This document shows positions 47,273 through 57,433 of a stretch of 64,000 bases of DNA, piece by piece. Position numbers and translations under genes: made by a program. The stretch is taken from positions 352,001 to 416,000 of the forward strand of contig CAVVLJ010000016.1 of assembly GCA_963749075.1 (NCBI GenBank), in the 5' to 3' direction. Numbering within the stretch: the first letter of the stretch is position 1; each line of letters starts with the position of its first letter. The notes below the pieces were generated by a model. That model was given only the letters and a program-made list of their open reading frames with translations. It made no database searches and had not been told where the DNA came from. The stretch is from an uncultured Pseudomonadota bacterium. Its GTDB lineage: Bacteria > Pseudomonadota > Alphaproteobacteria > JACZXZ01.

Positions 47273-48099
47273 GGCGCGAGCCATGACGGGTCGCGCTCCA
47301 TGACCGCGAGGCGCGAGCGGGGACGCACCAGGCTCGGCAGGCACGCGAGGAGGCCGCGCGTATAGGGGTGCCGCGCGCGCGCGAGCTCCGCCGCGGCGCT
47401 CTCCTCGACCACGCGGCCCGCATACATCACCAGCACGCGGTCGCAGAAATGCGAGACGAGCGGCAGGTCGTGGCTGATCAGGATGAGCCCCATGCCGCGG
47501 CGCGACACCAGCTCCTCGATGAGCCGGAGAATCTCCGCCTGCACGGTGGCATCGAGGGCACTCGTCGGCTCGTCCGCGATGAGGAGCTCGGGATCGGGCG
47601 CCAGCATCATCGCGATCATCACGCGCTGGCCCATGCCGCCCGAGAGCTCGTGCGGGTAGAGGCTTGCTACGCGCCGCGCATCGCGGATCTGCACCTGGGC
47701 CAGGAGCTCGACGGCGGCCTCGCGCGCCGCCTTGCGGGTGCCGCCGCGATGGGCGCGCCAGGCCTCGGCGATCTGGGCGCCCGCCGTCATCACGGGATTG
47801 AGCGAGAATTTCGGGTCCTGCAGGATGAGGCCGGCGCGCTTTCCCCGGATGCGCCGCAGTGCCGTCTCGTCGGCGCGCAGGACATCGATGCCGTCGAACT
47901 CGAGGGTGTTGGCCGAAAGACGCGCCTGGCGCGGCAGCAGCTTGAGGAGGGAGCGCGCGGTGAGCGATTTGCCGGAGCCGGATTCGCCGACGATGCCGAG
48001 CTTCTCCTTGGCAAGCGTGAAGGAGACGCCGCGCACCGCCTCGGCAATGCCGAGGGGCGAGGGAAAGGCAATGCGCAGGTTGCGGACGATCACTTGCAC
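47269..48099 (-). CDS. Dipeptide/oligopeptide ABC ATP-binding protein (DppD-like)
   Basis: GESGSGKS, YPHELSGGMGQR, ADEPTSALD, HPYTRGLL. Confidence 0.93.
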   Translation of the reverse strand: MQVIVRNLRIAFPSPLGIAEAVRGVSFTLAKEKLGIVGESGSGKSLTARSLLKLLPRQARLSANTLEFDGIDVLRADETALRRIRGKRAGLILQDPKFSLNPVMTAGAQIAEAWRAHRGGTRKAAREAAVELLAQVQIRDARRVASLYPHELSGGMGQRVMIAMMLAPDPELLIADEPTSALDATVQAEILRLIEELVSRRGMGLILISHDLPLVSHFCDRVLVMYAGRVVEESAAAELARARHPYTRGLLACLPSLVRPRSRLAVMERDPSWLAP

Positions 48100-48104
48100 C
48101 GCAC

Positions 48105-49013
48105 CTAGCCCTGCTTCGGATCGAGCACGTCGCGCAAGCCGTCGCCCAGGAGATTGAAGGCGAGCGAGGCCACGAAGATGGCGACGCCGGGGATGGTCGG
48201 CACCCACCAGGCGTCGAGGATCTGCCCGCGCGTGGCCGCCACCATGGTGCCCCATTCCGGCAGCGGCGGCTGCGCGCCCATGCCGAGGAAGCCGAGCCCG
48301 GCCGCGGTCAGGATGATGCCGCTCATGTCGAGCGTCACGCGCACGACGAGGGAGGAGACGCAGAGCGGGGCTATGTGCCGCAGCACGATGCGCGCGGCCG
48401 AGGCGCCGGTGAGCCTGACCGCGGCGATGAAGTCGGCGTTGCGCACGGTGAGCGTCTCGGCGCGCGCGAGCCGCGCATAGGGCGGCCAGGCGGTGAGTGC
48501 GATGGCGATCACCGCACTCGTGATCCCCGGCTTCAGCGCCGCCACGAAGGCGAGCGCCAGGATGAGCCGCGGGAAGGCGAGAAAGATGTCGGTCAAGCGC
48601 ATGAGGACGCGGTCAGCCGTGCCGCCCGCATAACCCGCGATCGTGCCTACCGCGAGGCCGACGGGCGCCACCAGCACCATGATCGCCACCACCATGCCGA
48701 GCGTGATGCGTCCGCCGTAGAGGAGGCGCGAATAGAGATCGCGCCCGACCTCGTCGGTGCCGAGCCAGTGGGCGGCCGAGGGTGCGGCAAAGCGGGCAGC
48801 CAGATCCTGCGCCGTCGGATTCTGCGTCGCGAGCAGCGGTGCGGCGAGCGAGGCTGCGATCAGCAGCAGCGCCGCAACGAGCCCGGCCATCGCCAGATGG
48901 TTGCCGCGAAACTGCAGCCAGCCGCGATAGACGCGGCCGAGCCCGGCCTGGCGGCGCGATTCCGGCGCGTCGCTCAGCAGCCAGGCACGGGTGGCGTTCA
49001 TCGGGCGGCTCAT
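48105..49013 (-). CDS. Dipeptide/oligopeptide ABC permease (DppC-like)
   Basis: HWLGTDEVGRDLYSR, WPPYARLAR, LGFLGMGAQPPLPEWG, NLLGDGLRDVLDP. Confidence 0.93.
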   Translation of the reverse strand: MSRPMNATRAWLLSDAPESRRQAGLGRVYRGWLQFRGNHLAMAGLVAALLLIAASLAAPLLATQNPTAQDLAARFAAPSAAHWLGTDEVGRDLYSRLLYGGRITLGMVVAIMVLVAPVGLAVGTIAGYAGGTADRVLMRLTDIFLAFPRLILALAFVAALKPGITSAVIAIALTAWPPYARLARAETLTVRNADFIAAVRLTGASAARIVLRHIAPLCVSSLVVRVTLDMSGIILTAAGLGFLGMGAQPPLPEWGTMVAATRGQILDAWWVPTIPGVAIFVASLAFNLLGDGLRDVLDPKQG

Positions 49014-50050
49014 CGCACGCGCGGATCAAGCAAGCGATATGCCAGGTTGGCCGTGAGATTGAGCCCGACATAGACCGTACCCACCACGAGCGTGGCACCC
49101 AGGACCGCGTTCATGTCCGCGTTCAGGAGCGAGCCCGTGAGGTAGAGGCCGATGCCCGGCCAGCTGAAGACCGTCTCGGTCAGGACCGCCCCCTCGAGGA
49201 GGCCGGCATAGGCGAGTGCGATGACGGTGACGAGCGGCACCATGATGTTGCCGAAGGCATGGCGCCAGAGGATGCGGGTACCCGACAGCCCCTTGGCACG
49301 CGCCGCGATGATGTATTCGCCGGCGAGCGCGTCGAGCATGAAGGCGCGCGTCATGCGCGTGATGAGCGAGAGGCTGAAATAGGCCAGCACCAGGGCCGGC
49401 ATGGCGAGGTGCGCAAGCGCGTCCCAGAAGGCGTCCCATTGGCCCTCGAGCGCCGCGTCGAGGACCCGCATGCCGGTCAGCTGCTTGACCGTGCCTTCAT
49501 AGAGCACGTCCTGCTGCCCGGTGCCGGGGGCGATGCCCAGCTTGACGTAGAAGACGAGGAGGCAGAGCAGGCCGAGCACGAAGATCGGCACCGACTGGCC
49601 GGCGAGGCTGAAGACCCTGACCGCGTGATCGAAGCGCGAGCCCTGGCGCGCCGCGGCGAGCACGCCGAGCGGCACGCCGAGGGCGATCGCGATGACGATC
49701 GCGGTCGTCGCCAGCTCGATGGTCGCCGGGAAGAATTGCAGGATGTCCTCGGTGACGGGATGGGTCGTCATCACCGACTGCCCGAGGTCGCCTTCGGCCA
49801 GATGGCGGAGATAGATCCAGAATTGGACCGGGAGCGGTTCATCCAGCCCGAGCTCGACGCGCACGCGCGCCACCACGTCCGCAGGCGCGTGGTCGCCGAC
49901 GATGGCGATCACCGGATCGATCGGCATGGCGCGGCCGATGAGGAAGGTGACCAGGATGAGCCCGAAGAGCGTGACCGCCACGCTCGCCAGCCCAGAGAGC
50001 GTGGCGCGGAAGCGGGCCGGCGAGCGGCCCGCGTCGGCACTTCTGCTCAC
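49010..50050 (-). CDS. Dipeptide/oligopeptide ABC permease (DppB-like)
   Basis: LGLDEPL, GDLGQS, FPATIEL, ARAKGL, ETVFSWPGIG, LLDPRVR. GTG start overlaps the SBP stop. Confidence 0.92.
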   Translation of the reverse strand: MSRSADAGRSPARFRATLSGLASVAVTLFGLILVTFLIGRAMPIDPVIAIVGDHAPADVVARVRVELGLDEPLPVQFWIYLRHLAEGDLGQSVMTTHPVTEDILQFFPATIELATTAIVIAIALGVPLGVLAAARQGSRFDHAVRVFSLAGQSVPIFVLGLLCLLVFYVKLGIAPGTGQQDVLYEGTVKQLTGMRVLDAALEGQWDAFWDALAHLAMPALVLAYFSLSLITRMTRAFMLDALAGEYIIAARAKGLSGTRILWRHAFGNIMVPLVTVIALAYAGLLEGAVLTETVFSWPGIGLYLTGSLLNADMNAVLGATLVVGTVYVGLNLTANLAYRLLDPRVR

Positions 50051-51658
50051 GCCTTGGTAATCGGCGCGTAGCGGGTATAGTCGGGCAGAACGCCCACGGC
50101 CAATCCGCTGACGCCCTTGCGCAGCACGTCGATCTCGGCGTTCTGCAGCATGAAGATGAACGGCGCCCGCTCCATGAAGGCGCGCTGCATCTTGGCGTAC
50201 ATCTCCAAGCGCTTCTTGGTGTCGAGCTCCTTGACCGCGGCGTCGACGTCGGCCGAGAGCTCCTTGTCGAAGAAGTGGTAGCGCCAGGCGACGCTCTTGC
50301 TCTTGGCGTTGTCGGAATCGTCGAGGTTCTCGCAGAAGGCCTGGGCGTTCGAATGCGCATCGAGGAAGTCTGGGAACCAGGTGGTGAGCGCCAGCTGCGT
50401 CGTGCGGGCGCGCGTCTTGCTGATCACCTGCTTCTGCTCGCCGGCGAGGAGCTGCACCTTGACGCCGATCGCCGCGAGGTCCGCCTGCACGGCCTGCGCG
50501 ATCTCCGCATAGGGCGGCTTGGAGAAGTGATCGAACGTCAAGGAGAAGCCGTCGGGATAGCCCGCCTCGGCGAGGAGCGCCTTGGCCTTGGCCACGTCCT
50601 TCTTGAACGGCATGTCGGAGATCGCCCCCGGAACGCCCTTGGGCAGGAAGGCCTGCCAGACGACCCACAGCCTGGGCGTGATGTTCTTGGCGATCGCCTG
50701 GTAGTCGATGGCATATTTGATGGCTTGGCGCGCCTGCACCTTCTGGAGCTGCGGCACGCCCATGTTCATGCCGATGTACATCGATGTGAGCTGCGGCATC
50801 TCGACGAGCGTGAACTCCGGCTTGCCGGCGACGATCTTGAGCTGGTCGGAGCCGAGGTCGCGCGCGATGTCCACGTCGCCCTTCTGCACCAGGAGAAGCT
50901 GCGCGGAGGGGTCGGCCACGTGGCGCAGGATGGCGCGAGGAACGCGCGGCTTCACGGCCGCGCGCGGGTTGGCCTCGAGGATGATGTGGTCGCTCGCCTG
51001 CCACTCCACCAGGCGGTAGGAGCCGGCGCCGGCGCTGTGCGTCTTGAGCCAGGCGTTGCCGAGGTCGCCGTTGGTCTGGTTGGCGAGCGCCCGCGCCTTC
51101 TCGACGACGCCGCCGATGGTGGCCGAGAGGCAGTAGAGCACGAAGCTCGTCGCCTGCACCACCGGGGTCTTCATCTCGAGCGTGTACTCGCCCGTGGCGC
51201 GTACCAGCTTCTCCACGTTGTCGGCGGTGAAGCCGAACTGGGTGAGGATGAAGCCGGGGGTCTTGTTGAGCTTGACCGCGCGCTGCTGGCTGAAGGCCAC
51301 GTCCTCGGCGGTGAGCGGCTTGCCGCTTTCGAAGAGGACGCCCTTCCTGATCTGGAAGGTGAAGGTCGAGCCGTCCTTGGAGACCTCCCACTTCTCGGCG
51401 AGGTCGCCCACCAGGTGGGGCGCGCCGGAGGGATCGGGGATCACCAGCTTGCGGTAGAGGTTGCCGCAGACCTCGTTGTTGGTGAACTCGTAGGACTCGG
51501 CCGGGTCGAAGGCGCCGATGATGTCGTCGATCTGCTTGGCCATGGCCACCAGAATTCTTGGGCGTCGCGGCCGAGCTTCGCGTGATCACTGCGGGCGCCG
51601 CCAGCGGAAGGGCCGCCGCGGCGGCGGCGGAAGCCAAGAGCGTGCGTCGTGTCAGCAT
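50047..51658 (-). CDS. Tat-exported family 5 ABC substrate-binding protein; frameshift at ~51553
   Basis: Tat signal MLTRRTLLASAAAAA in the 49010..51658 frame. Mature domain (LAEKWEVSKDGSTFTF, GKPLTAEDV, GAGSYRL) in the 50047..51549 frame. Confidence 0.9.
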
Positions 51659-51817
51659 GACAGGCCCCCTGCGTGTTGTTTTGTGCGAGCTCGCGGATGC
51701 CCGGCGGCGCCCGGCATCGGCATGGCCCCAGCGGCTGCACTCCTCGGCTGTATTATAGCGAAGGTTGTGCGCAGCACAAACGGTGCCGCGGCGGGCTCGG
51801 CGGCCCCAGCGCCCCGC

Positions 51818-52219
51818 TCAGACGGGCGTGAAGGTCGGCACCGGCGGTCCGCCCTCGGTCGGCGTGAAGACCAGCCTCACCTCCTGGCCGATGCGGAGTG
51901 CCGCGAAGTCGCACTCGACCAGGTTGGTCATCATCGTCGGCCCCTCGGCGAGCGTCACATAAGCGATGGCGTAAGGCACGGGCGCGCGGCGCATCACGCT
52001 GAAGGTGTAGATCGTCCCCTTGCCCGAGGCTTCCGCCCATTCGGTGCGGTCGCTGAAGCAGAAGGGGCAGATGGCGCGCGGGTACCAATGGGCCTTGCCG
52101 CAGGCGGCGCAGCGCCGGATGAGGAATTTCCCCCGGGTGGCGGCATCCCAGAACGCCTGGGTCTCGGGATTAGGGATGGCTGCCGGGAACTTCCGCGGCG
52201 GTACTTTGGCCATGGTCAC
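51818..52219 (-). CDS. DUF35 / ChsH2-like Zn-ribbon plus OB-fold protein
   Basis: FWDA, CAACG...YPRAICPFC, SGKGTIYTFSV, EGPTMMTNL. Confidence 0.92.
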   Translation of the reverse strand: MTMAKVPPRKFPAAIPNPETQAFWDAATRGKFLIRRCAACGKAHWYPRAICPFCFSDRTEWAEASGKGTIYTFSVMRRAPVPYAIAYVTLAEGPTMMTNLVECDFAALRIGQEVRLVFTPTEGGPPVPTFTPV

Positions 52220-53385
52220 TCGCGCTGCAAAATGAGGGTGGCGCTGCCGTGCCGGCTGGCGAGCGAGCCGCCGGTGCCGTGCGCGAGCGCCAGATCGCAG
52301 CTCGGCACCTGCACCGCGGGATGCGCCTCGCCGCGCAGCTGGCGCACTGCCTCGATCACCTTGGTCATGCCGCCGCGGTTGGCCGGATGATTGTTGCAGA
52401 GGCCCCCGCCGTCCGTGTTGAAGGGGAGCTTGCCGACACCCGAGATCAGGTTCCCGTCGGCCACGAAACGGCCGCCCTTACCCTTCTCGCAGAAGCCCAG
52501 GTCCTCGAGCTGGATCACCACGGTAATGGTGAAGCTGTCGTAGATCGAGGCGTATTTGATGTCGGGCGGCTTGACTCCGGCCTCCGCGAAGGCAGCGCTG
52601 CCGGAGCGCACGGCGGCCGAGTAGGTCACGTCGATTTGGCCGCCGCTCTGGTGCTTGGTCGCCTCGCCGGCGCCGATCACGCTGACGAGCGGCCGCTTGA
52701 GGCTCAGCGCCACCTCCGGGCTCACGACGACGAGGGCGCCGCCGCCATCGCTGATGACGCAGCAGTCGAGGCGGTGGAGGGGGTCGGCCACCATGGGCGA
52801 GGCGAGCACCTCCTCGACCGTGACGACGTCCCGCAGCATGGCGCCCGGATTGTGCTGCGCGTGATGGGAGGCCGCGACCTTGACCCAGGCGAGCTCTTCG
52901 CTCGTGGTGCCGAACTGATACATGTGCCGCATCGCGCACATGGCGTAGCTGTTGGCGATCGCCACGCCATAGGGGAACTCCCACTGGTAGTCGGGCTGCG
53001 CCGGATTGAGCACGCGGGGTGTCGTGCCCGTGGCCATGCCCTCGCTGCGCGGCCGGCCGGCGAGGGTCACCAGCGCCACGCTGCATTTGCCGGCGGCGAT
53101 CGCTTCGGCGGCATGGCCGACGTGCACGAGATAGGAGGAGCCGCCCGTGTCGGTCGCATCCACGTGCCGCAGCTTGAGGTTCATGTAGTCGGCCATCGAG
53201 AGCGGCCCCATGCCCGGCGCGTCGCCGGCGCAGAAGTAGCCGTCCACGTCGTCCTTGGAGAGGCCGGCGTCCTCGAGAGCGCCCTTGGCGGCCTCGGCAT
53301 GGAGCTGCGCCACCGACTTGTCGGGCGCGTGGCGCGTCGGGTGCTCGAAGGCGCCGGCGATATAGGACTTGCCCTTGATCGACAT
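52216..53385 (-). CDS. SCP-x/Ltp2-type thiolase-fold protein
   Basis: TGGSSY (no catalytic Cys), HAQHNP.A, PLHRLDCCVISDGG, IYDSFT, NTDGGGL, EAVRQLRG. Paired with DUF35. Confidence 0.9.
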   Translation of the reverse strand: MSIKGKSYIAGAFEHPTRHAPDKSVAQLHAEAAKGALEDAGLSKDDVDGYFCAGDAPGMGPLSMADYMNLKLRHVDATDTGGSSYLVHVGHAAEAIAAGKCSVALVTLAGRPRSEGMATGTTPRVLNPAQPDYQWEFPYGVAIANSYAMCAMRHMYQFGTTSEELAWVKVAASHHAQHNPGAMLRDVVTVEEVLASPMVADPLHRLDCCVISDGGGALVVVSPEVALSLKRPLVSVIGAGEATKHQSGGQIDVTYSAAVRSGSAAFAEAGVKPPDIKYASIYDSFTITVVIQLEDLGFCEKGKGGRFVADGNLISGVGKLPFNTDGGGLCNNHPANRGGMTKVIEAVRQLRGEAHPAVQVPSCDLALAHGTGGSLASRHGSATLILQRE

Positions 53386-53405
53386 GCGTTCCCGTCCCTC
53401 TTGCC

Positions 53406-54215
53406 TCAAAATCCCGCTTCGCCAAGAAAGCCGGCGATGGCGGCGGCTATCGGCTCCGGCGTTTGCACGGCCATGAAGTGGCCGGTCTCCATGGTGCGGC
53501 ATCGGGCGCCGGGAATGGCCCGCGCCACCGGCTCCACGAGCGCCGGCGGGCGCACGCCGTCCAGGCTGCCTGCGATGACCAGCACCGGGCAGCGGAGGCG
53601 CCCGAGCTCGCCGATCATCTCGAGCCCGGCCAGCATGCGGTAGATCGCGGCGTAGCTCGCCGGGTCGTTGGCGAGCCGGCGCGCGCGGAAGAGGCGAAAG
53701 CGCTGCTCGTCGCCGCGCAGCTCGGCCGGGTAGGAGCCCGCGAGTGCCGCGTCCAGCCCCGGGCGCACGCCGTCTCTCTCGAGGCCGTCGGCATAGGCGA
53801 GGGTGTCCGCGCGCCGCTCCGCCGCCACGCCCACGGCGGGTGCGAGGGCGACGAGTGCTGCCGCGCGCGCCGGAAAGCTGAGCGCGAAGTGGAACGCGAT
53901 GGCCGCACCGACAGCACAGCCCACGAGTGCGACCGGCCCGCCGATGCCGAGCGCCTCGAGGAGTGCCGCCAGATCCTCCGCCATGGTGCCGATGGCGACG
54001 CCGCCGCGGATCTTCTCCGAGAGGCCGGCGCCGCGCGTGTCGTAAGCGAGGACGCGCCAGCGCTCGGCAAGTGCCGGCAGCACCAGCTCCCAGCTCTCGA
54101 GCGCCCCGCCCATCTCATGGACGAGCACCAGCGTCTTCGCGCCGCGCCCCGCAAGCCGGTAGCGCAGCGCAGCACCATTCGCCTCGATCCACCCAGCCGA
54201 CGCGTCGCTCGCCAT
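53406..54215 (-). CDS. Alpha/beta-hydrolase fold protein (PcaD-like) with Ala at the nucleophile position
   Basis: LVLVHEMGG, YDTRGAGLS, GCAVG elbow, CPVLVIAGSLD, TGHF. Confidence 0.85.
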   Translation of the reverse strand: MASDASAGWIEANGAALRYRLAGRGAKTLVLVHEMGGALESWELVLPALAERWRVLAYDTRGAGLSEKIRGGVAIGTMAEDLAALLEALGIGGPVALVGCAVGAAIAFHFALSFPARAAALVALAPAVGVAAERRADTLAYADGLERDGVRPGLDAALAGSYPAELRGDEQRFRLFRARRLANDPASYAAIYRMLAGLEMIGELGRLRCPVLVIAGSLDGVRPPALVEPVARAIPGARCRTMETGHFMAVQTPEPIAAAIAGFLGEAGF

Positions 54216-54353
54216 GGTCCGCAGCCTCGCTTTGGGGGCGAGGCTAACATAACGCCCATAGTGCGGGGAGTCCGGCTGCTTGCCCCCTCTTCTCCTTCAG
54301 AAGGAGAGGGGAAAGGAGGAGAGGGGGAGTGAAGGCAGCGCTTGCGGCGCGGC

Positions 54354-54899
54354 TCAGCTCTTGGGCGGCGGTGTCAGAGGCGTGGCGCTGACCGGCGCTT
54401 CGGGGGCGGCACTCACCGGCGGTGCTGCGAAGTCGCCCGGCGGCGGCGGCGGCGGGGTTGCCGCCATGCTCATGCCGGGAAGCTGGTTGCCCTTGGCGTA
54501 CATGCATTGCTCGTAGGCGATGTCGTAGCGGCGCTGCGCCGCCCATCCGGTCGCCTGGGCCGAGCTGGCGCCGATGGCGGTGCCCGCGATGGCGCCGGAG
54601 GCGGCGCCGATGGCAGCGCCGCCCGCACCGCCGACCGCGGCTCCGAGGCCGGCGCCGAGCACCGTGCCGACCACTGCGCTGCCGATGCCCCGGTTGGCGG
54701 CCGTGGCCTCTGCGGCACCCGGCCCGCCGATCTCCGCGTCGGCATATTGCTTGCACGTCGCCTGATCCTGCTGGAAGACCTCGAAGGGCTTGTTGGGCGA
54801 CGGCATCACGGCTACGTCCGGCCCGATCGGCGGGTTGACGCAGCCGCCCAGCAGCAGCACGGCGGCGAGTGCCGCCACACCCGGTACAATGCGCTTCAT
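54354..54899 (-). CDS. Glycine-zipper lipoprotein
   Basis: Lipobox LGGC, KPFEVFQQDQATC, Gly zipper, QRRYDIAYEQCMYAKG, Pro-rich tail. Confidence 0.88.
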   Translation of the reverse strand: MKRIVPGVAALAAVLLLGGCVNPPIGPDVAVMPSPNKPFEVFQQDQATCKQYADAEIGGPGAAEATAANRGIGSAVVGTVLGAGLGAAVGGAGGAAIGAASGAIAGTAIGASSAQATGWAAQRRYDIAYEQCMYAKGNQLPGMSMAATPPPPPPGDFAAPPVSAAPEAPVSATPLTPPPKS

Positions 54900-55006
54900 G
54901 GAGTCGTCCCTCCGCACGGCCGCGGCGATGCGACCTACCGTTCATACGAGAGTCGCCCGGCCAACCCTGCGCCGCCTCGGCAGGGGCTCGCCCATGGCCG
55001 CCTCGC

Positions 55007-55154
55007 CCTTCGAGACGCGCGCCTATTTTGCATCATGCAAGAGAGCGGGCCTTCGGCCCGCGGCGCGCTCCCCCGGGCACTTCGTCCCGGGGGTGGCCCC
55101 GATGTTTGGCGGATTTCCTCGTCCTGAGGAGGGCCGCAGGCCCGTCTCGAAGGA
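55007..55154. repeat. Degenerate palindromic repeat of the family carried inside MITE copy A
   Basis: ccttcgagacgcgcgcc...ggcgcgctcc and cctcgtcctgaggag...cgtctcgaagga. Confidence 0.65.
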
Positions 55155-55167
55155 TGAGGAAATCCCT

Positions 55168-55746
55168 TCAGCGGTAGAGCTCGAGCTCCGGGCGCGGGTC
55201 GGGGAAGAAGCCGGTGCGGTTCGGCATCTCCACCTTGGGCAGGCTCGCGGCGTCGAGGATGTCGCCCTTCTTGACGATGTTCGCCTCGCCGAGGATGTAG
55301 GCGACCACGCTATAGACCTGCGCATCGGTGAGCGAGCCCGGCGCGTTGAAGGGCATGGCGCGCTTCACATAGTCGAAGATGGTGGTGGCGTAGGGCCAAT
55401 AGCTCTCGATGGTCTTGACCGGCGCCTCGCTCGCGAGGCTGCCGCGGCCGCCGATCAGCTTGTCGCCGCCGATGCCCTTCTGGGGATTGCCCTCGAGCTT
55501 CTCGCCGTGGCACGCGGCGCAGTTCTCGGTATAGACCTGCTTGCCCTCCTCGTAGGTGCCCTTGCCCGGCGGCAGGCCCGTGCCGTCGGGCGGGATCGCG
55601 AAGAAGCCGGCAAGCTCCTGAGGCGTCGGCGTGGTGCCGAAGTCGAAGTGGAGCGGATAGCCGGTTTGCGCGCGGAGCGGCGCTGCTGCGAGGAGGAGTG
55701 CTGCGGCCGCGGCGAGGGCGGCCAGACTTGCCCTAGGCGTGCACAT
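55168..55746 (-). CDS. soxD: Monoheme cytochrome c subunit of sulfite dehydrogenase (SoxD-like)
   Basis: IPPDGTGLPPGKG, CAACHG, KTIESYWPYATTIFDYVKRAMP, MPNRTGF. Overlaps the soxC stop. Confidence 0.85.
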   Translation of the reverse strand: MCTPRASLAALAAAAALLLAAAPLRAQTGYPLHFDFGTTPTPQELAGFFAIPPDGTGLPPGKGTYEEGKQVYTENCAACHGEKLEGNPQKGIGGDKLIGGRGSLASEAPVKTIESYWPYATTIFDYVKRAMPFNAPGSLTDAQVYSVVAYILGEANIVKKGDILDAASLPKVEMPNRTGFFPDPRPELELYR

Positions 55747-57142
55747 TGCTGACGCTCCCGTCCGCTGCCACCGCCCAGCTCTGGATGGCGTTCAGGTGAT
55801 AGATCGAGCCGAAGGGTCCGGCGAGCCCGCGGATGTCGACGAGCTGCTTGAGCGTGGGCTGCACGTAGCCGGTCTCGTCGACGGCTCGGCTCTGCAGCGT
55901 GGCCGCCTTGCCGTCCCACATCCAGGGGAAGCGGAAGCGCGTGCCGGCGATGCGCTGGATGGGCTCCTGCAGCGCCGCGAGCGCCCAGCTCTGGCCGCCG
56001 TCGCTCGAGACCTCGACGCGCTCGATGCGACCGCGGCCGCTCCAGGCGAGGCCGGTAATCTCGTAGAAGCCGGGGCCCGGCAACTTCATCTCGCCGGAGG
56101 GGAAGGTGATGACCGACTTGGCGTCCATGATGAAGGTGAATTGCCGCGCCTTGCCGTTGCCGAGGAGGTCGGTGTATTTCGAGGTCTCCTCCCGCGTCAT
56201 GTAGGGCTTGTCGCTGATCTCGAGGCGGCGCAGCCACTTGATGTGCAGATTGCCCTCCCAGCCGGGGAGGATGAGGCGCAGGGGATAGCCCTGCTCGGGC
56301 CGCATCGCCTCGCCGTTCTGGCCGTAGGCGATGATGGCGTCGCTGAGCAGCTTGTCGAGCGGGATGCTGCGCGTCATCACCGCGGCGTCGGCCCCTTCGG
56401 CGAGCACCCAGGAGGCGCCGGCCTTCAAGCCCACCTCGCGCGCGATGGTGGCGAAGGGCACGCCGGTCCATTCCGAGGTGCTGAGGAGCCCGTGGGTCCC
56501 CTGCACCGTCTTGAGGGTGGGCTTGCGCCACTCGGTCAGGCCGTTGCCGGCGCATTCGATGAAATGGGTGCGGCTCACCGAGGGGAAGCGCTTCATGTCG
56601 GCGACCGAATACCTCTTCGGCCGCTCGACCATGCCGTGCACGAAGAGGAAATGCCGCGCCGGATCGATGGTGGGGATGCCGTTGTGGTGGCGCTCGAAGT
56701 GGAGGCCCGAGGGCGTGACGGTGCCGAGTGCCTTGTCGAGCGGCGACATCGACCAGGAGGAGTATTCGGTCGCCGTCGGGAAGCGCCAGCGCACCTCGGT
56801 CTCGAACTGCGAGCGCGTGCCGTAGCCGCCGTCGCCGGCCGTAGGGCGGCCCTGCACCTTGGTCGAGTCCGGCGGCACCTCGTGCCAGACGGCGCCTGGC
56901 GGTGCCGTCTCGGCGGCAGCGCTTTGCGGCAAGGCCGCGGCACTGGCGGCCGTCGCAAGCAGCGAGCCCGCCGCGAAGAGGAGCTTGCGGCGGCCGGGAT
57001 TGAAGAACATGCCCTCCTTGCAGCTGCAGTCCTCGAGCTCGGCGCGCCGCGCGGCGAGCGCCCCGCGTTCCGCCGCGATCATCGCCGCGATCAGCGCTTG
57101 CGTCTTGGCGTCGTATCCCTCAAGGAGATCCGCTTCGCTCAT
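55733..57142 (-). CDS. soxC: Molybdopterin sulfite dehydrogenase subunit (SoxC/SorA family)
   Basis: Tat motif GRRKLL, TPSGLHFERHH, FIECAGN (Mo-ligand Cys), YGQNGEAMRPEQGYPLRL, GLAWSGRG, SRAVDETGYVQP. Confidence 0.92.
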   Translation of the reverse strand: MSEADLLEGYDAKTQALIAAMIAAERGALAARRAELEDCSCKEGMFFNPGRRKLLFAAGSLLATAASAAALPQSAAAETAPPGAVWHEVPPDSTKVQGRPTAGDGGYGTRSQFETEVRWRFPTATEYSSWSMSPLDKALGTVTPSGLHFERHHNGIPTIDPARHFLFVHGMVERPKRYSVADMKRFPSVSRTHFIECAGNGLTEWRKPTLKTVQGTHGLLSTSEWTGVPFATIAREVGLKAGASWVLAEGADAAVMTRSIPLDKLLSDAIIAYGQNGEAMRPEQGYPLRLILPGWEGNLHIKWLRRLEISDKPYMTREETSKYTDLLGNGKARQFTFIMDAKSVITFPSGEMKLPGPGFYEITGLAWSGRGRIERVEVSSDGGQSWALAALQEPIQRIAGTRFRFPWMWDGKAATLQSRAVDETGYVQPTLKQLVDIRGLAGPFGSIYHLNAIQSWAVAADGSVSNVHA

Positions 57143-57301
57143 GACATTCCTCCCAGCTCGTTTCTTGTGGCCGCGGCCTTGTCCAGCCGGCGGCGGAGAT
57201 CGTTTATCCGGCGCTTCGGCGCCGAGTCTCTTGCTCTCCTTCGCCTCCTCTAACAGCGCTTACCGCTGGTCCGTCCGCTCATGCGAAGCGGCCGAGCTTG
57301 G

Positions 57302-57433
57302 TCAACTCCGCCCCAGGAGCGGGAAAACGACGGCGAGCGCCACGACGAGAATGAGGATGGCGACCGCGGCCGCGCGCTCCGCCTTGCTCCAGCGCTGCCA
57401 GTCCCGCCGCAATGCCACCAGCTCGTTGCGCAT
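57302..57433 (-). CDS. Small single-TM hypothetical protein (43 aa)
   Basis: MRNELVALRRDWQRWSKAERAAAVAILILVVALAVVFPLLGRS; GC3-rich, one TM helix. Confidence 0.5.
   Translation of the reverse strand: MRNELVALRRDWQRWSKAERAAAVAILILVVALAVVFPLLGRS

Noticed and set aside
54283-54330. Purine/pyrimidine-skewed hairpin between two genes
   Set aside because: Looks like a degraded ccctctcc/ggagaggg REP or a terminator, too degenerate to call.
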